Counted from the stretch's first letter, positions 14,070 through 28,825 are shown. The stretch: DNA of 64,000 nt from Eledone cirrhosa (GCA_964016885.1 OZ024742.1:338644001-338708000); one strand, 5' to 3'. Numbers and translations are program-made. Notes: a model not told the origin generated them from the letters alone.

Positions 14070-14879
14070 TATCTCTTTCTCTTAATTTCGAGTATATTTT
14101 TTTTGACCGGCCACCTTCCTGGTGTCAAGGTTGTAAAAGAAAAGAAATTGTCATCCTTTGAATCGCAAGAATGTTTTGCAAATTTTGAAGGTGCCAGCTA
14201 TCGCAGTCATTTGTAGACTATGAATTAGGGAGCTGCGCTTTTTGTCCGCAAATACAAGTTCAGTCATACTTTGGTCCAAGCGGGTTGGTATATAACCCGT
14301 AGCTCCAATAATGATGGGTATGAAGCTAAAGGTGTATCTTGGATACTGGATTTGTAAACTCCTCATCAATGGTCCGTAGATGTCCTCCTTCTCCTGCATT
14401 TTTCTGACAACGTTTACATCAAGTGGGCAGCTGATCTCCACAACAGAACACGTTTTCAATGTGTGGTCCCAAACAAGAATATCAGGACGGTTGTGCTTTA
14501 ATTTGGTGGCAGTTTTTATTTTCAGCTTCCACCAGTATTCCTTAGTGCCATCTGTTTCAATATATTCTTCCTCGTTTGTTGTTAATTTTGTTTTCCGAAG
14601 TGCGTTCCAGATGGATCTAGCTATCCCATCGTGTCTCATGGGGAGGTAGTAGCGAGACGACATTCTTTCGCAGCTGGCAACAATGTGGCTTACATCCTCG
14701 ATCTTTGTTTTACATAGCCTACATTTATTGTCAGCTGCTGGCCCTCCTCTTTTGTGCAGCAGATATTTGGTAGGGAGTTCTTGTTCCTGTATTGCATAGA
14801 GATATCCCTCTAGGTGTGATGTCATAAACTTGTCGGAACTCCATGCCAGGTTTTTCGAGTGGTTTATCCCCTCTATGGT
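14070..14879 (-). mobile_element. 5'-truncated R4/Dong-like LINE (CCHC + RLE domain)
   Basis: [34 protein letters not shown]; open frame to the stop at 14151; (TATG)n at the 5' junction. Confidence 0.9.
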
Positions 14880-14950
14880 ATGTATGTATGTATGTATGTA
14901 TGTATGTATGTATGTATGTATGTATGTATGTATGTATGTATGTATGTATG

Positions 14951-15033
<83 letters not shown>

Positions 15034-15054
15034 TTATATATATGTACATATCTA

Positions 15055-15303
15055 TACACAAAACGCCGGCACCAACAGTTTTGCAAGAGATGTCAACATG
15101 AATGGACCTGTTATTTTTATCTAAAGAAATTTTTCCAATTCCAACCCTCCCGTCCCCTCAATCTATCTTATTTCTCATTCTTTCTTCTGATGAAGGACTA
15201 GCGTCCGAAACGCTAAGACCCTCTTCCTGCTATATCAAGCGTTAACCTAATATATCCCTTCCATATACTGTACTGATTGTGTTGTTATTTCTGTTTACCT
15301 TTC

Positions 15304-15305
<2 letters not shown>
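15055..15305 (+). mobile_element. Dispersed repeat family F2 with hammerhead-like motif
   Basis: Copies at 21255-21480 and 60285-60420, diverged copy near 8570-8690. Confidence 0.7.
15185..15245 (+). ncRNA. Hammerhead-like motif
   Basis: CTGATGA-A-GGAC-TAGC-GTCC-GAAA-CGCT..AGCG-TT; stem I is very short. Confidence 0.55.
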
Positions 15306-15336
<31 letters not shown>

Positions 15337-15490
15337 TATATAATATATGAAATTTCGCTTCAAGCATAGCTTTATACAATGTGTATAGAAATTTCGTATT
15401 TATAAATAAATACGGTTTTAGGAAGCCGTAGCTATGCAAACACCGGGGCTAACGCCCTCTGCTGGTGTCCAGCAGAAGCAAGTGGGACAA

Positions 15491-15532
15491 CCGTCTATGC
15501 ATTTCAGGCTTGACAGGCCTTCGTCAGAACGG
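15491..15532 (-). ncRNA. Minimal hammerhead ribozyme motif
   Basis: Minus strand reads CCGTT-CTGACGA-AGGC..GCCT-GAAA-TGCA-TA-GACGG. Confidence 0.78.
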
Positions 15533-16719
15533 TCCCTTTTACATGGTCAAATTGACTGGCCTTCTTCAGGACGGTCCCTCCCACCGCTTGCTACTGCTGG
15601 ATTTGAAAACAGTCGAGAATTATGCAGCTTCATATGCAAATGAGATTAATCACCTCATTCACACAGACGAGAAAACTATATATTCTCGACTGTTTTCAAG
15701 TCCAGCAGTAGCAAGCGGTGGTAGGGACCGTCCTGAAGAAGGCCAGTCAATTTAACGATGTAAATTGGAAAAATTGGCTCAACCGCAACCCTATACACAC
15801 GCAAGTAAATTCGGTTCAATGTTCTGCTATACGTGTATCGATTGAATTGTAACATCCGTATCCCCAAATAGTATATGTTATGGTATATACACATCCGTAT
15901 CGTCTAAAAAGTGTATGTTTTGGTATATACACATCCATGTGAAGAGCAAGTAGTCAGCTCATATCGAACTCTGTATGTGCCGTTGTCTTATTGAGAATCT
16001 GAGTCCCCAAATCTGTGCGTGCAAGCAACCGCCATGTAGGCCATCAAGGAGCTCTGTGTAGGGTTGGGTATTTAAGTTAAGGTGTCAGTATGTGCGTTTT
16101 CGCGTCATATGGGCCCTTGGGCTTTTAAGGGAGGTGTTTGAGTGGTAGAGGTGCGTTACCCAACACAAAAATAAAAATAAAATAAAATAAAAAAGAATAG
16201 CAAAACCCCGAGGATGTGTGTAAGCCCATTAATGGTGTGTAAGTAGTATTGTCCAATCAGTAACCGTCAGCACTCCATGGTTAGATGATCACGGATCAAA
16301 ACCTAGTGTAGTGTTCAATTGATAGGATCGTGACCAGTCATAACTGTGGGAACTCGGTGTCTAAAGAAACCGGATTCTGTGTGTAGAGTTATGTATAAAG
16401 AGCGTAATCGGTCTTAACTGAGTGTGTATAACTATTTACTAACCTAGAGAACTCAATGGTTAGGGTATTCTAATGTAATGGTGAATGCGCGCAATCGGTC
16501 TTAACTGAGTGTGTAATCATTCTAACTATTTACTAACTAAGTATTCTAAAGTAGTGGTAAGTGTGCACTCAGCTGTGAGAACTATGTGGAAACAAACCGA
16601 GTACCGTTTGTAAGTGCGCAAACGATCTTAGCTATCTACTACCTGAGTGTGTGGTTGTCTGTTTTTTGCTAATTGAAAGAACTCTATGGCTAAGGTAAAA
16701 AGGAGGAGTTAGTGGTAGG

Positions 16720-18660
16720 TTACTTTCCAAAAATCCTGCGGAAGGTTTTCGAGGTTCTATGTTGACAGTTGCTGAAAAAATTCGCTCTCCTATTGATTAA
16801 TAGGGGGCCGCCTCTAATAATATTAAAGGTTTCAGCTATACATAAATTACAGACGCCCGTGCTGCCGTTATATGGCTGGGCTGAGCAAATTATGGACCAG
16901 GATAAGGAGTGCTCTATATTCTGTTGTTTAAGCTTCCAGACTAATTCAGAAAGCACCGTGCTATTTTTTAAATCTAATCTATTAAAGGTATAGCGGTGAT
17001 TATACCATTTATCGTTAAATTCAGTGGTAGTTGCCCCAACATACCTGAAGGTTCTATCTAACGTGGAGACCTTACAGTCGTAGACTATGTTTTTGGTGAG
17101 GCATTTCCCAGCCATGGGGCAAGTGGCGGTTTTCCTGCAATTACATTTCTGTTATCGACCTGGGTAGTTCCTGAGGAACCACGGTACCTCTGGTGTCGGG
17201 TCTCAATTCTTGTCTACTCTATGGGTAAGTTCCCAGGGGTTGGGGTGACCCGACTCGCCTCACGCGTATGAGTCCATTCATCCATAGAGCTGCCATTAGT
17301 TCTGCCATGTCTCAATCCGCCTTGAGCTGTCCCAAGTCTACTATAATTCATCTTAGCTATATTCTGAGCTATGTTAATGGTTGTGGAGTAGGACAGCTTA
17401 ATGGTATTCCTATTGAATATTTTATAGTATCTGTGTGATCTAGGGAAGCATTTGTCTAAGGCCCTAAAGAAAAGCTTAGCTATACTAGTGGTCAGGCCGG
17501 TGGAGTATGGGGGGTTGTACCACAGGAGTTTTCTAGTCCGATACTTCTTGTTCTTATTATCTATACTAGTGATACCTGCCTCTTGGTTGCTACTGGTCTA
17601 TTAGAACTGATAACTGCCTGTGTGTCGATGGTGTCCTGGGGTGTCCAGATGGTGTTCGGAATCGTCCCAAGTCTCCGGGGCGGTTTACCTCCCGTGCAGT
17701 TATTGGGATTACCCTCGATAGCCGGGGTTATATCCACTATGCGCCTGCTACATTTATCCCTATTCCCTCTACCCGACCTCCGTTCCATTTTACGTTCAAC
17801 GGTTATTTTATCAGTTCTACAATTAAGGTTACAATTAGAGTTTCCGCTGGCAGTACGGTGCTCAGACTCCGTGTTTGTACCTGGGTGATTGTTTCCATTG
17901 GTACCATCGACATTGGGACAAGGAGGCAATACAACGTGAAGTCTATATTCACCCTCCCTCGCATCCCGCCTGCTGTTAACTAAAATGTCACTATTTTGGC
18001 CTAAGCTATCACAAGCAATGTTGCTACTACTATTTAATGGACGATTGAATGAGATTCCCTCGCTATGCCCCGCGCGTTCCAGGCCGCTATTATAGTAATT
18101 TGAGATCCTATCAAAAGTATCTTCATTGGAAGATAGTCGTGAAATTCTACTAGAGACGCTTTTAGTAATACCGTTAGTGACTATTCTAGGGTGGTTCGAT
18201 TTTGCGTTGACATAATTTAAATTCTCGCTGGGTCTGTGGTAGGGTTGGAAAAGTCCTGAATTGAGGTTAAGTGTAACATCTAGAAAATTAACTATCTTCA
18301 GGTTTTCTTCAAACACTATACTTAAGTCTATGTTGTTGAAGAATTTTCTTAGTTTTTTCATCACCCTCTCTACCATACTATTATTATAGAACGACACAGT
18401 AAACAAAACGTCGTCACGGAGTGGGGCATTTCCACTCCGAGACAATCGAGGAAGTAGAGGCCCACCAGATCCGTCAACTGGGCCGAGTCCGTGGATCCCA
18501 TGGTGATGTCGAAATTGTCCGGCCAATCTCTCCTAGTCCACAAGTCTCCGTTGAACTCAATTAAGATTTTGCTAGCTAGGAGAATAATGTTAATTTCTTC
18601 AGATGTAAGATCGGTGTGTAAGCTTGCAAAGTTTAGGGCCTTACCTAGAAGAGTTGGATA
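16720..18660 (-). pseudogene. Penelope RT + GIY-YIG endonuclease, disrupted
   Basis: ORFs 18370..18693, 17561..18526 and 16720..17115 (KNIVYDCKV..YVGATT..CNLCIAE). Confidence 0.85.
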
Positions 18661-19628
18661 TGACACGGAGTTCCCACAGTTATGACTGGTCACGATCCTA
18701 TCAATTGAACACTATACTAGGTTTTGATCCGTGATTATCTAACCATGGAGTGCTCACGGTTACTGATTGGACAATACTACTTACACACGATCAAAGGGCT
18801 TACACATATCCCCGGGGTATTGCTATTCTTTTTTATTTCTTTTTATTTTATTTTAATTTTTGTGTTGGGTAACGCACCTCCACCACTCAAACACCTATCT
18901 TAAAAGCCCAAGGGCCCATATGACGGGAAAACGCACATACTGACACCTTAACTCAAATACCCAACCCTACACAGAGCCCCTTGATGGCCTACATGGCGGT
19001 TGCTTGCACGCACAGATTTGGGGACTTAGATTCTCAATGGGACAACGGCACATACAGAGTTCGATATGAGCTGACTACTTGCTTTTCACATGGATGTGTA
19101 TATACCAAAACATACACTTTTTAGACGATACGGATGTGTATATACCATAACATACACTATTTGGGGATACGGATGTTACAATTCAATCGATACACGTATA
19201 GCAGAACATTGAACCGAATTTACTTGCGTGTGTATAGGGTTGCGGTTGAGCCAATTTTTCTAATTTACATCGTCAAATTGAGATTTGACCAATATAACAT
19301 TTGTTGTTTTGTAATCTAACTTTCAGTGAATACTATGTTGGTATATGTATATTATTTCTTTGACCTCGTGTCGGTGTATGTGAGTGTGTGTGTACTCACA
19401 CTAACTGTGACGGACTGTAATTCTGCAGATTTGATGTTGAGATTAGCCCCGTCCAGCGTCTTTTACAGCTATTGAGAGATAGAGACTTCATAGTTTTATG
19501 ACCCTAACTGAAGACGATAGCAGTCGGCGTGTTTTGGCAGCTTAATCTTCATATGGGGGACAAAACTCTAGTGAGTGGACATCGTTAAATTTTCTCCCTC
19601 ATATCAAGGATTTGAAGACAATTCATTT

Positions 19629-19702
19629 TCACCTGAAGAGATCAGTGATAATCGATCATGGCCACACGATCGATCTATCTCTTATTGAAACATGTGTCGT
19701 GA
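19629..19702 (+). ncRNA. Hammerhead ribozyme motif in pLTR
   Basis: TCAC-CTGAAGA-..-GAAA-C-ATGT-GTC-GTGA; stem II is irregular. Confidence 0.65.
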
Positions 19703-19877
19703 TTAAAATGATCGGAAATTTATACCATGCCTTCGGATCTTTATTTTGATACAAATACTCCGTTTTACATCATCTAGCTGTTCCCATAAATGGAATTGGA
19801 GACATACAAAAGCGTGGAGAAATTAATATTGGTAACAAAAGTTTATTGGACCGTATGACACAACCAATAATACACCT

Positions 19878-19941
<64 letters not shown>

Positions 19942-19975
19942 ACTGCCTCTCTGTTCTGTCCCTGTTCAATTTTTC

Positions 19976-20045
<70 letters not shown>

Positions 20046-20048
<3 letters not shown>

Positions 20049-20443
20049 AATATTTATAAGTCGTTTGGAAGCCTCGACAATACAAATGGGTAAATCTCCG
20101 GGTAACAAGGTCCGGTGGTGGAGAGAGAGATATGTAAGTGGGTGTACGTTGAGATGCGTGGTGTGTATAAGATGTGTGAGATGTGTAGAATGAAGGGAAG
20201 AGTAAAAGAATAAAAATAATAATAACAACACATTCTACACATTCTACACATTCCCTTCGTTCTACACATCTCACACATCTTATACACACCACGCATCTCA
20301 ACGTACACCCACTTACATATCTCTCTCTCCACCACCGGACCTTGTTACCCGGAGATTTACCCATTTGCATTGTCGAGGCTTCCAAACGACTTATAAATAT
20401 TTACTTATTGTTCCACAATGCTTCAAGCAAACTTCAATACTCT

Positions 20444-20447
<4 letters not shown>
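20046..20447. mobile_element. Fold-back element in (TA)n
   Basis: 20046-20191 is the reverse complement of about 20259-20405; ends in GCTTCAAGCAAACTTCAATACTCTCTT-(TA)n. Confidence 0.75.
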
Positions 20448-20486
<39 letters not shown>

Positions 20487-20605
20487 AGGTGTATTATTGG
20501 TTGTGTCATACGGTCCAATAAACGTTTGTTACCAATATTAAGTTCTCCACGCTTTTGTATATCTCCAATTCCATTTATGGGAACAGCTATATATATATAT
20601 ATGTG

Positions 20606-20639
<34 letters not shown>

Positions 20640-20796
20640 TGTTTCTACTTTTAGCACAAGGCCAGCAATTACCCAGTGCATTTCTGGTACTTTATTTTAT
20701 CCACCCCGTAAGGATGAAAGGCAAAGTTAACCTCGGCGGGATTTGAATTCAGAATGGCAAGGGCCGTAACTCTATGCGTCAAAGCATGGCGTCCGA
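20640..20796 (-). mobile_element. tRNA-derived SINE (octopus-type) with (TTA)n tail
   Basis: Same core as 5843 and 12088. Confidence 0.8.
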
Positions 20797-20913
20797 TATA
20801 ATAATATATGTAGTAATAAACACGGTAAATTGTGTGTTTAAAATTACGAGGGTTGAGATACCACGTTGGTTTGACAGATTTAACCTGAAGCAAACGGAAA
20901 ATACAGGATAAAG

Positions 20914-21003
<90 letters not shown>

Positions 21004-21356
21004 AGAAAATGAGGTTTTTGAAAAGATGTCCCACACGGGTAAACGTATCAGAAAAATAAATTGAAAATGCAACTGGAGTCTTTTAAGAATATTTATTTAC
21101 TTTATGATTGATTTTCAAAAGTAAAATTGAAATGGAGGGTTTGTGTTTCTGTTGTGGTTTGTCTCGCATCTAGTTCGAGTTCGAAAGTTCTTTCTGTTTT
21201 ATACGAAAAAAGTGGCTCAGATTGCTAGTTCTTTAAAATGTAATTTGGTTGGTTGAAGAGATGTCAACATGAATGGACATGTTATTTTCATCTAAAGACA
21301 TTTTTCCCAATTCCGCCCTGCTCGCCCCTTCAATCTATCTTATTTCCCATTCTTTC

Positions 21357-21417
21357 TTCTGATGAAGGACTAGCGTCCGAAACGTTAAGACCCTCTTCCT
21401 GCTATTTCAAGCGTTAA
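21357..21417 (+). ncRNA. Hammerhead-like motif (family F2)
   Basis: CTGATGA-AGGACTAGCGTCC-GAAACG..GCGTT. Confidence 0.5.
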
Positions 21418-21501
21418 CCTAATATATTCCTTCCATATACTGTACCGATTGTGTTGTTATTTCTGTTTACTTTTTACATACATACATACACACACACACA
21501 G

Positions 21502-21533
<32 letters not shown>

Positions 21534-22216
21534 TTATATATAATAATATTGAAACGAAGTCATCGGAAGAACCATTGTATCTTCGACCGTTCAGTCATTC
21601 ACAAAATACTTTAATTAAGTCAGCATCACTAGGATACCAGCCAAAACGGAAAGCAGAGTGCACAATTATACGTAAATAGTGAGAGAAAGGATTTTGTGTG
21701 GGTAGAGAATTTAACCTATTGTTACCCACAGAAGCAAAAATGAAATGATATATTAATAATACAGATCATTTATTCTAGAAATGAAGGCAGAAAATCGAGT
21801 CGTTAGGGCCCCGGATCACTGACCTCTGAGTTCAAATCACACCGCGTTTGATTCTTCCTCAACTCTCTTTAACACCCCCTCTCTATTTCACTCTATCTCT
21901 CTTTCTTTCTTTGGAAACTTTGAGCTGGATGGGCTCCACCGTGTTTAAAATACCCAAGACATGCCGTGTGTCTTAACGGTGCCATACGTCGCTATTAGAA
22001 ATCAGAGATCATTTAATTTTGACTTTATAATAGAAAAATGTTTCAATATTCCACCATAGAAATGGAGAAAAATCAATACGGCTTCGTTGTCAATGTAGTA
22101 TGCTAAAAATGGGCAAGTAAGCACATAATGTCAAGTATTTCAGGGAATGGTAGAATTAATGTAATAGTCATGACTATACAAATTGAGCAAACAATAGAAA
22201 CATTATATACATACAT

Positions 22217-22279
<63 letters not shown>

Positions 22280-22319
22280 AAGTGTTAAAACAATCAAATC
22301 TTAGTTTAATACATTTATT

Positions 22320-22366
22320 TGCTGACAATTGTTTCTTCCAGAGGGAAGTCTGGAATCATCGGAGCA
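22320..22366 (-). ncRNA. Minimal hammerhead motif, CCGAUGA core variant
   Basis: Minus strand reads TGCT-CCGATGA-TTCCAGA..TCTGGAA-GAAA-C-AATT-GTC-AGCA; decayed relative at 23039-23085. Confidence 0.65.
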
Positions 22367-22719
22367 TAATTAATGTCTAAACAGGTGATTAAAATCCTAG
22401 TCATTCAGAACATTTAGGTAGATACATAAGTGTCGTTAGTGTCCTAGACATCATATATAGAATCAGGAGTTAAAAAGATGTTATGCTTGAGAGACCACAA
22501 TTACAAGGAGCACTGGTGGAAAGTGCAAGAGGTACAAGCAAAAAAATACAGGCAAAAAAAGTTACAAGCAAGGAAAAATGAAAGATAGGATAGACATAAG
22601 ATATAAGATATAATATATCTTAGCATTGGAGATCAGGTAATGTTAGAGGTATACAATGCAGGAGTCAATACAACCAATAAGGCAGGTATGAGGAAAGAGT
22701 TATATATATATATATATAT

Positions 22720-22970
22720 AGGAAAAAGTATGATCCCAATGGCAGAGCTCAAGCCGTTTCGACGGCTATTTCTGGACTAAATTAGAATTTTTAGCCTGGT
22801 GAATAAATAGCCCAGGCTAAAAATTCTAATTTAGTCCAGAAATAGCCGTCGAAACGGCTTGAGCTCTGCCGCCGGGGTCATACTTTTTCCTATTTCCCAC
22901 TTTACTACCCCAAGTATTGAGTACTCTGGTGCGTTATGGTCCATCTGGTTCCTTACCACAATTCCTTTGT

Positions 22971-22972
<2 letters not shown>
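22720..22972 (+). mobile_element. Fold-back element family F1 in (TA)n
   Basis: Arms about 22720-22799 and 22812-22892. Confidence 0.72.
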
Positions 22973-23002
<30 letters not shown>

Positions 23003-23980
23003 TAGAAAACAATCCAATTTTTGTTTAATGCATTTAATTGCTAACGATCGTTTCTTCCAGACAAATGTCTGGAATAAGCGGAGCATATACAATCTTAAAA
23101 CAAATAAATTCCTAATCCTTAGAACATTCATTAAGATACATTATATTTGAGAAGACTAATTATAATTATTAGTGTCAGTTTCAATATACTGAAGAGTAAG
23201 AGCAAAAGAACATTATAATGAAAAGATAGTAAAATATTGAAAAGTATTATAAAGAGAAGCTGTTTTGAAACTATCTGATAGATGCAAGGAATATTACTTA
23301 AAAATCAATATATCAAGAGTGTCATACCAAAAATATAAATAATAGCAGAGAACATACAATAAGATAAGATAATTGTGTAGTGATAGCATACATATAGGTG
23401 TTATATATTATAAGCAATAAAGGATGTATTAGTTATAGGCAAAGATGTTTATGCAAAAAGCTTTTTAAAAAGTTTTATAAAGTTTATATAGAAAATGTTA
23501 ATATCTGTAGTTGTGAAGTGTGTAAGCAATAAGTATAGAGTTGTAAAGTTCAAATAAATATATAAAACAAACATTTAATCCAAAGGTATGGATTATAAGG
23601 TACTTCTTTAATGTTATGATGACAGTTGTAGTACTAACTCGATGTCTTTGTTGCTGTGTCATAATCGGTGTTTCAATATTATCCTTTATAAACAGTAGTT
23701 TATATTGATTGAATACATGTACAGATAATATAGACGATAGTTGACATTCTTCAAAGTGGTTCACCGAGTTAGACTACGTTGAAATTCAAACATTAGCTAG
23801 CATAAAACCTTAAGATTGTATTTCTGCTCTGTAGTATATCTGATATTTTACATTGAGTTAATTTTCTTACTGGTAACTGGGTAATACAAAATATTACCCT
23901 TATCTTATTTATAATTGTATATAGATTATATATATAAGTATAAATATTATTATTACTATTATTATATGCACATATATATA

Positions 23981-24045
<65 letters not shown>

Positions 24046-24066
24046 CTCGCTCTCGCTCTCTCTCTC

Positions 24067-24124
<58 letters not shown>

Positions 24125-24125
24125 A

Positions 24126-24244
<119 letters not shown>

Positions 24245-24314
24245 GTCTCCCCGGTCTCAGTATGCATATAGTAAACGTGTTTGCGTGTGTATTTGCGTTT
24301 GTGTGTATGTATGT

Positions 24315-27040
24315 TTCTCTTTGTCTTAATTTCGAGTACATTTTTTGACCGGCCACCTTCCTGGTGGCAAGGTTGTAAAAGAAAATAAATTGTCATCCTT
24401 TGAATCGCTAGAATGTTCTGCAAATTTTGAAGGTGCCAGCTATCGCAGCCATTTGTAGTCTATGAATTAGGAAGCTGCGTTCTTTGTCACAAATCCAAGT
24501 TCAGTTATACTTTGGTTCAAGCGGGTTGGTATATAACCTGTAGCTCTAATAATGATGGGTATGAAGCTGAAGGTGTATCTTGGATACTGGATCTGCAAAG
24601 ATGTCCTCCTTCTCCTGTATTTTTCTTACAACATTGACATCAAGTGGGCAGCTGATCTCCACAACAGAGCACGCTTTCAATGTGTGGTCCCAAACAACAA
24701 TATCAGGCTGGCTATGATTTAATTTGGTGGCAATTTTTATTTTCAGGTTCCACCAGTATTCTTTAGTGCCATTTATCTCAACATCTTCCTCCTCCTTCGT
24801 TTTTAATTTTGTTTTCTGAAGTGCGTTCCAGATGGTTCTAGCTATCCCATCGTGTCTCATAGGGAGGTAGTAGCGAGACGACATTCTTTCGCAGTTGGCA
24901 ACAATATGGCTAACATCTTCGATCATTGTTTTACATAGCCTACATTTATTGTCGACTGATGACCCTCCTCTTTTGTCTAGCAGATATTTGGTAGGGAGTT
25001 CTTGTTCCTGTATTGCATAGAGATATCCCTGAAGGTGTGATGTCATAAACTTGTCGGAACTCCATGCCGGGCTTTTTGAATAATTTATTCCCTCTATGGT
25101 CTGTGTTTTTCGGCTCAGGGTCCCATGCACAACTTTCTCTGTAAATTGGTCCATTTTTTAAATCTTGTTTGAACATTGAATAGGATCTTCCAATTTCCTC
25201 GGGAGAGAGATTTATACCAGACCTTATTCCATATCTCACCTCCAGATCTGACTTTCCTAATGATATTTCGTTCGTGCTCATAAACCTGTGCAAGATGGTT
25301 GCTGACCTTTTACTTCTGTTGAAGATGTTGCTTCAGTGTTACTATTCGGGTTTCGTATGATGTTAATATGGATTTTAGACCCCGACCACCTTCTTTGCGT
25401 GAGAATTATAGCCTATCCACAACACCATAGATGTTAAAGTTCCCAGTAACACTGAGAAGCTTGCGAGTTCTTACATCCATCTCACGTAGTTCTTGCAATG
25501 ACCAGTTCAGCAGACCAAATGTTGGCGTTAGGATTGGCGCAGCATAAGTATTGTGGGAAATGTATTTTTATACGCTGATAGTTCTCATGACCATGTTTTC
25601 TTTACTCTCCTGAAGTATTCAGTTCTGGTTCTCTCCTTATTTATGGGTGCATCATATGTAACATTCTCATCTTGTCCAAAATATCTGTAGTTGTCACCTG
25701 ACTGTAGAGGTTGTATTGTAAAGCCGTTCATCTCTAGATTTCTAGAGGAGGGCACAACCTTCTACGTTTTACTGTCAAATATGCACATTTGGACTCACCA
25801 AATTTCATTCTGATGTCTGCAGAAAATTGTTTAATGAGGTCCAATTGTTTTTGATATAGTTGGTACTTGGCCCATACAACTTCAGGTTATCAACAAAGAA
25901 AACATGGGAATACTTCTGGACCCACCTCTATGACCACTTTGTTTTAGGAGCAGGTATGATAGTGGGTTTAGTGAGAGGACGAAAAGCTATCACCCTGAAA
26001 GATCCTTCCTGTTAGTGCATTGTATCAGTCTTAATTCGCTCCTTCTCCCCCTTAAGGATCAAATTGGTGTACCAGTTCTTACTCAGGCGTTCAACAGTAG
26101 CTACTAGTGGTTGTGGGACTTTGGTTAACTGTAAAGCCTTAATTATCCACCCATGAGGTACACTATCGAAAGCTTTCTGATAGTCCAGCCACACCACAGT
26201 CATGTTCCCGCGATTCTTTGCTGTTTTTCCTGTATCATTTTATTTTTTAGTAGGTGATCTATGCAGCCCCACACCTCCCTCTTCCCACCAGCTTGCTCAG
26301 GTGTTATAATGTTGTTGGTGGCACAATGATCCTGTAAGAACAGATTAAGGCACCCAGTGTATAATTTATACATGATGTTCTGGCAGGCTATTGGGCGGTG
26401 ATTTTTAGCAAGGGTGGTTTGGCTATTTTTGGGGATGAGGAGAGTAGCGGCAGTTGATAACCATTGGGGCAGTTCTTGTGTGTCTTTGATGGTTTCTCTA
26501 AACAGCCGTATGAGATCTTGCCGATAGAAGGTTCAATTCTTCAGCCAGTATCCTGTTATGAGGTCTGGGCCTGGTGATTTCCTATTCGATTTTTTCTGTA
26601 GAGCTGTTTCCAGTATTGACCCATCTATGTCATATTGTTTTGTCTGTACATGCTGGCAGTATTCCCGTTCCAGTTCTTTTAGCCATTTAGTTTGTTTGCT
26701 AAATCCGTAATTCGTTTCCCATACAGATCTCCAATAGCTCTCAACCTGTTCTTTTGTAGGGGTGTCATTTACAGAGATTGAGCTTTTCCCATTGAAGCTG
26801 CAATAAACTGGTTTAGGATCTCTGGCAAATAATCTATTTAGCATTTTCCGTTTATGTGCTGTTGACTTATATTTTAGTCTTTCTGCTGCAGCTGTGAGTT
26901 GTTGTTTCAACTGGTGTAGTTTGGAGTCTAGAGTTTTAAATCTTGTATCTCCAAATCGCTTCTCTAGTTTTTTTTCTTACGTCTTCCTTATGTCGTGTGA
27001 AGTTGCTCTCTATGTTGCCATTTATAACTACAGTGATCTG
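24315..27040 (-). mobile_element. R4/Dong-like LINE, 5'-truncated and degenerate (RT + RLE)
   Basis: KSPGPDLITGYWLK, HRPIACQN, WLDYQKAFDSVPHGW, GIFQGDS, CCHC, RHD and PD..E..K motifs; TATG repeats at both ends. Confidence 0.92.
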
Positions 27041-27089
27041 TATGTATGTATGTATGTATGTATGTATGTATGTATGTATGTATGTATGT

Positions 27090-27855
27090 TATCTCTTTCT
27101 CTTAATTTCGAGTATATTTTTTGACCGGCCACCTTCCTGGTGGCAAGGTTGTAAAAGAAAAGAAATTGTCATCCCTTGAATCTCAAGAATGTTTTGCAAA
27201 TTTTGAAGGTGCCAGCTATCGCAGCCATTTGTAGACTAGGAATTAGGGAGCTGCACTCTTTGTCCGCAAATCCAAGTTCAGTCATACTTTGGTCCAAACG
27301 GGTTGGTATATAACCCGTAGCTCCAATAATGATGGGTATGAAGCTAAAGGTGTAACTTGGATACTGGATTTGCAAACTCCTCATCAATGGTCCGTAGATG
27401 TCCTCCTTCTCCTGTATTTTTCTGACAACGTTTTCAATGTGTGGTCCCAAACAACAATATCAGGCCGGTTGTGCTTTAATTTGGTGGCAGTTTTTATTTT
27501 CAGGTTCCACCAGTATTCCTTAGTGCCTTCTGTCTCAATATATTCTTCCTCGTTTGTTGTTAATTTTGTTTTCCGAAGTGCGTTCCAGATGGTTCTAGCT
27601 ATCCCATCGTGTCTCATGGGGAGGTAGTAGCGAGATGACATTCTTTCGCAGCTGGCAACAATGTGGCTTACATCCTCGATCTTTGTTTTACATAGCCTAC
27701 ATTTATTGTCAGCTGATGGCCCTCCCCTTTTGTGCAGCAGATATTTGGTAGGGAGTTCTTGTTCCTGTATTGCATAGAGATATCCCTCAAGGTGTGATGT
27801 CATAAACCTGTCGGAACTCCATGCCAGGTTTTTTGAGTGGTTTATCCCCTCTATG
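27090..27855 (-). mobile_element. 5'-truncated R4/Dong-like LINE
   Basis: Near copy of 14070-14879 with a small internal deletion near 27430; (TATG)n on both sides. Confidence 0.9.
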
Positions 27856-28296
27856 TATGTATGTATGTATGTATGTATGTATGTATGTATGTATGTATGT
27901 ATGTATGTATGTATGCTCTTCTGGTTTTAGAATTTCACAAATTTTTGGCAATAGAGAGTCGGTTTCTAACATAGACACAAGACTCTCTCATTGGAATTTA
28001 CATAACATCAACTAGGTAGATATGTATGCAAGTCTGCATGCATGTGTAGGTATGGATGTTATTGTATGTGTGGTTGTGTATGTTTTGAGTTGTATCTGTG
28101 CATGTGTATATGCAGTTGCAAAATGTTTGTAATGTATATGCAGATGCAACATGTTTGTAATGTTTTACATATTTTTACTGTTCCATTAATGGATTGTACT
28201 TGTAGTTTCCTAACTAGTTGTGTTCTTTCTGTTCCCGTGAAGCCCAGCTTCTCAAGATCTGTATTGAGGCAGTTACTAACATATCCCAGTGCCCCA

Positions 28297-28327
<31 letters not shown>

Positions 28328-28790
28328 TGTATGTATGTATGTATGTATGTATGTATGTATGTATGTATGTATGTATGTATGCATGTATGTATGTATGTAT
28401 GTATGTATGTATGTATGTATGTATGTATGTATGTATGTATGTATGTATGTGTTTACAGGTCCCTCATACACCTACGGATGCAAATACCTTTTCTCACATA
28501 TGTCAAGACTGCTTCACAATCAATAAATTATTCTGGAAAGACAACACAGTCACTAAATACATTTGGTTGAAGGACAGGAAAAGATTGAAATACTTGCGTT
28601 TACAACACATGAACATATAGAAGCTTTTATATACATGTATATATATGCTTTATATAAAGCATATCGGGATATATCTATATCTATATCTATATCTATATCT
28701 ATATATTTTAGTTGATACATAATCTGATTCTACACAACGAACACGTACAAAAATGCATTCACCCCCACACACGCACACATATACACATAA

Positions 28791-28825
<35 letters not shown>

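Larger units (their letters stand above)
15748..19860 (-). mobile_element. Penelope-like element, 5'-truncated, with inverted pLTRs
   Basis: 15748-16361 is inverted relative to 18661-19281. Between them lie an RT C-terminal part (FDITMGSTDSAQLTDLVG, VNFLDVTLNL, YVNAKSNHP), a WYNPPY linker and a GIY-YIG domain. Confidence 0.88.
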
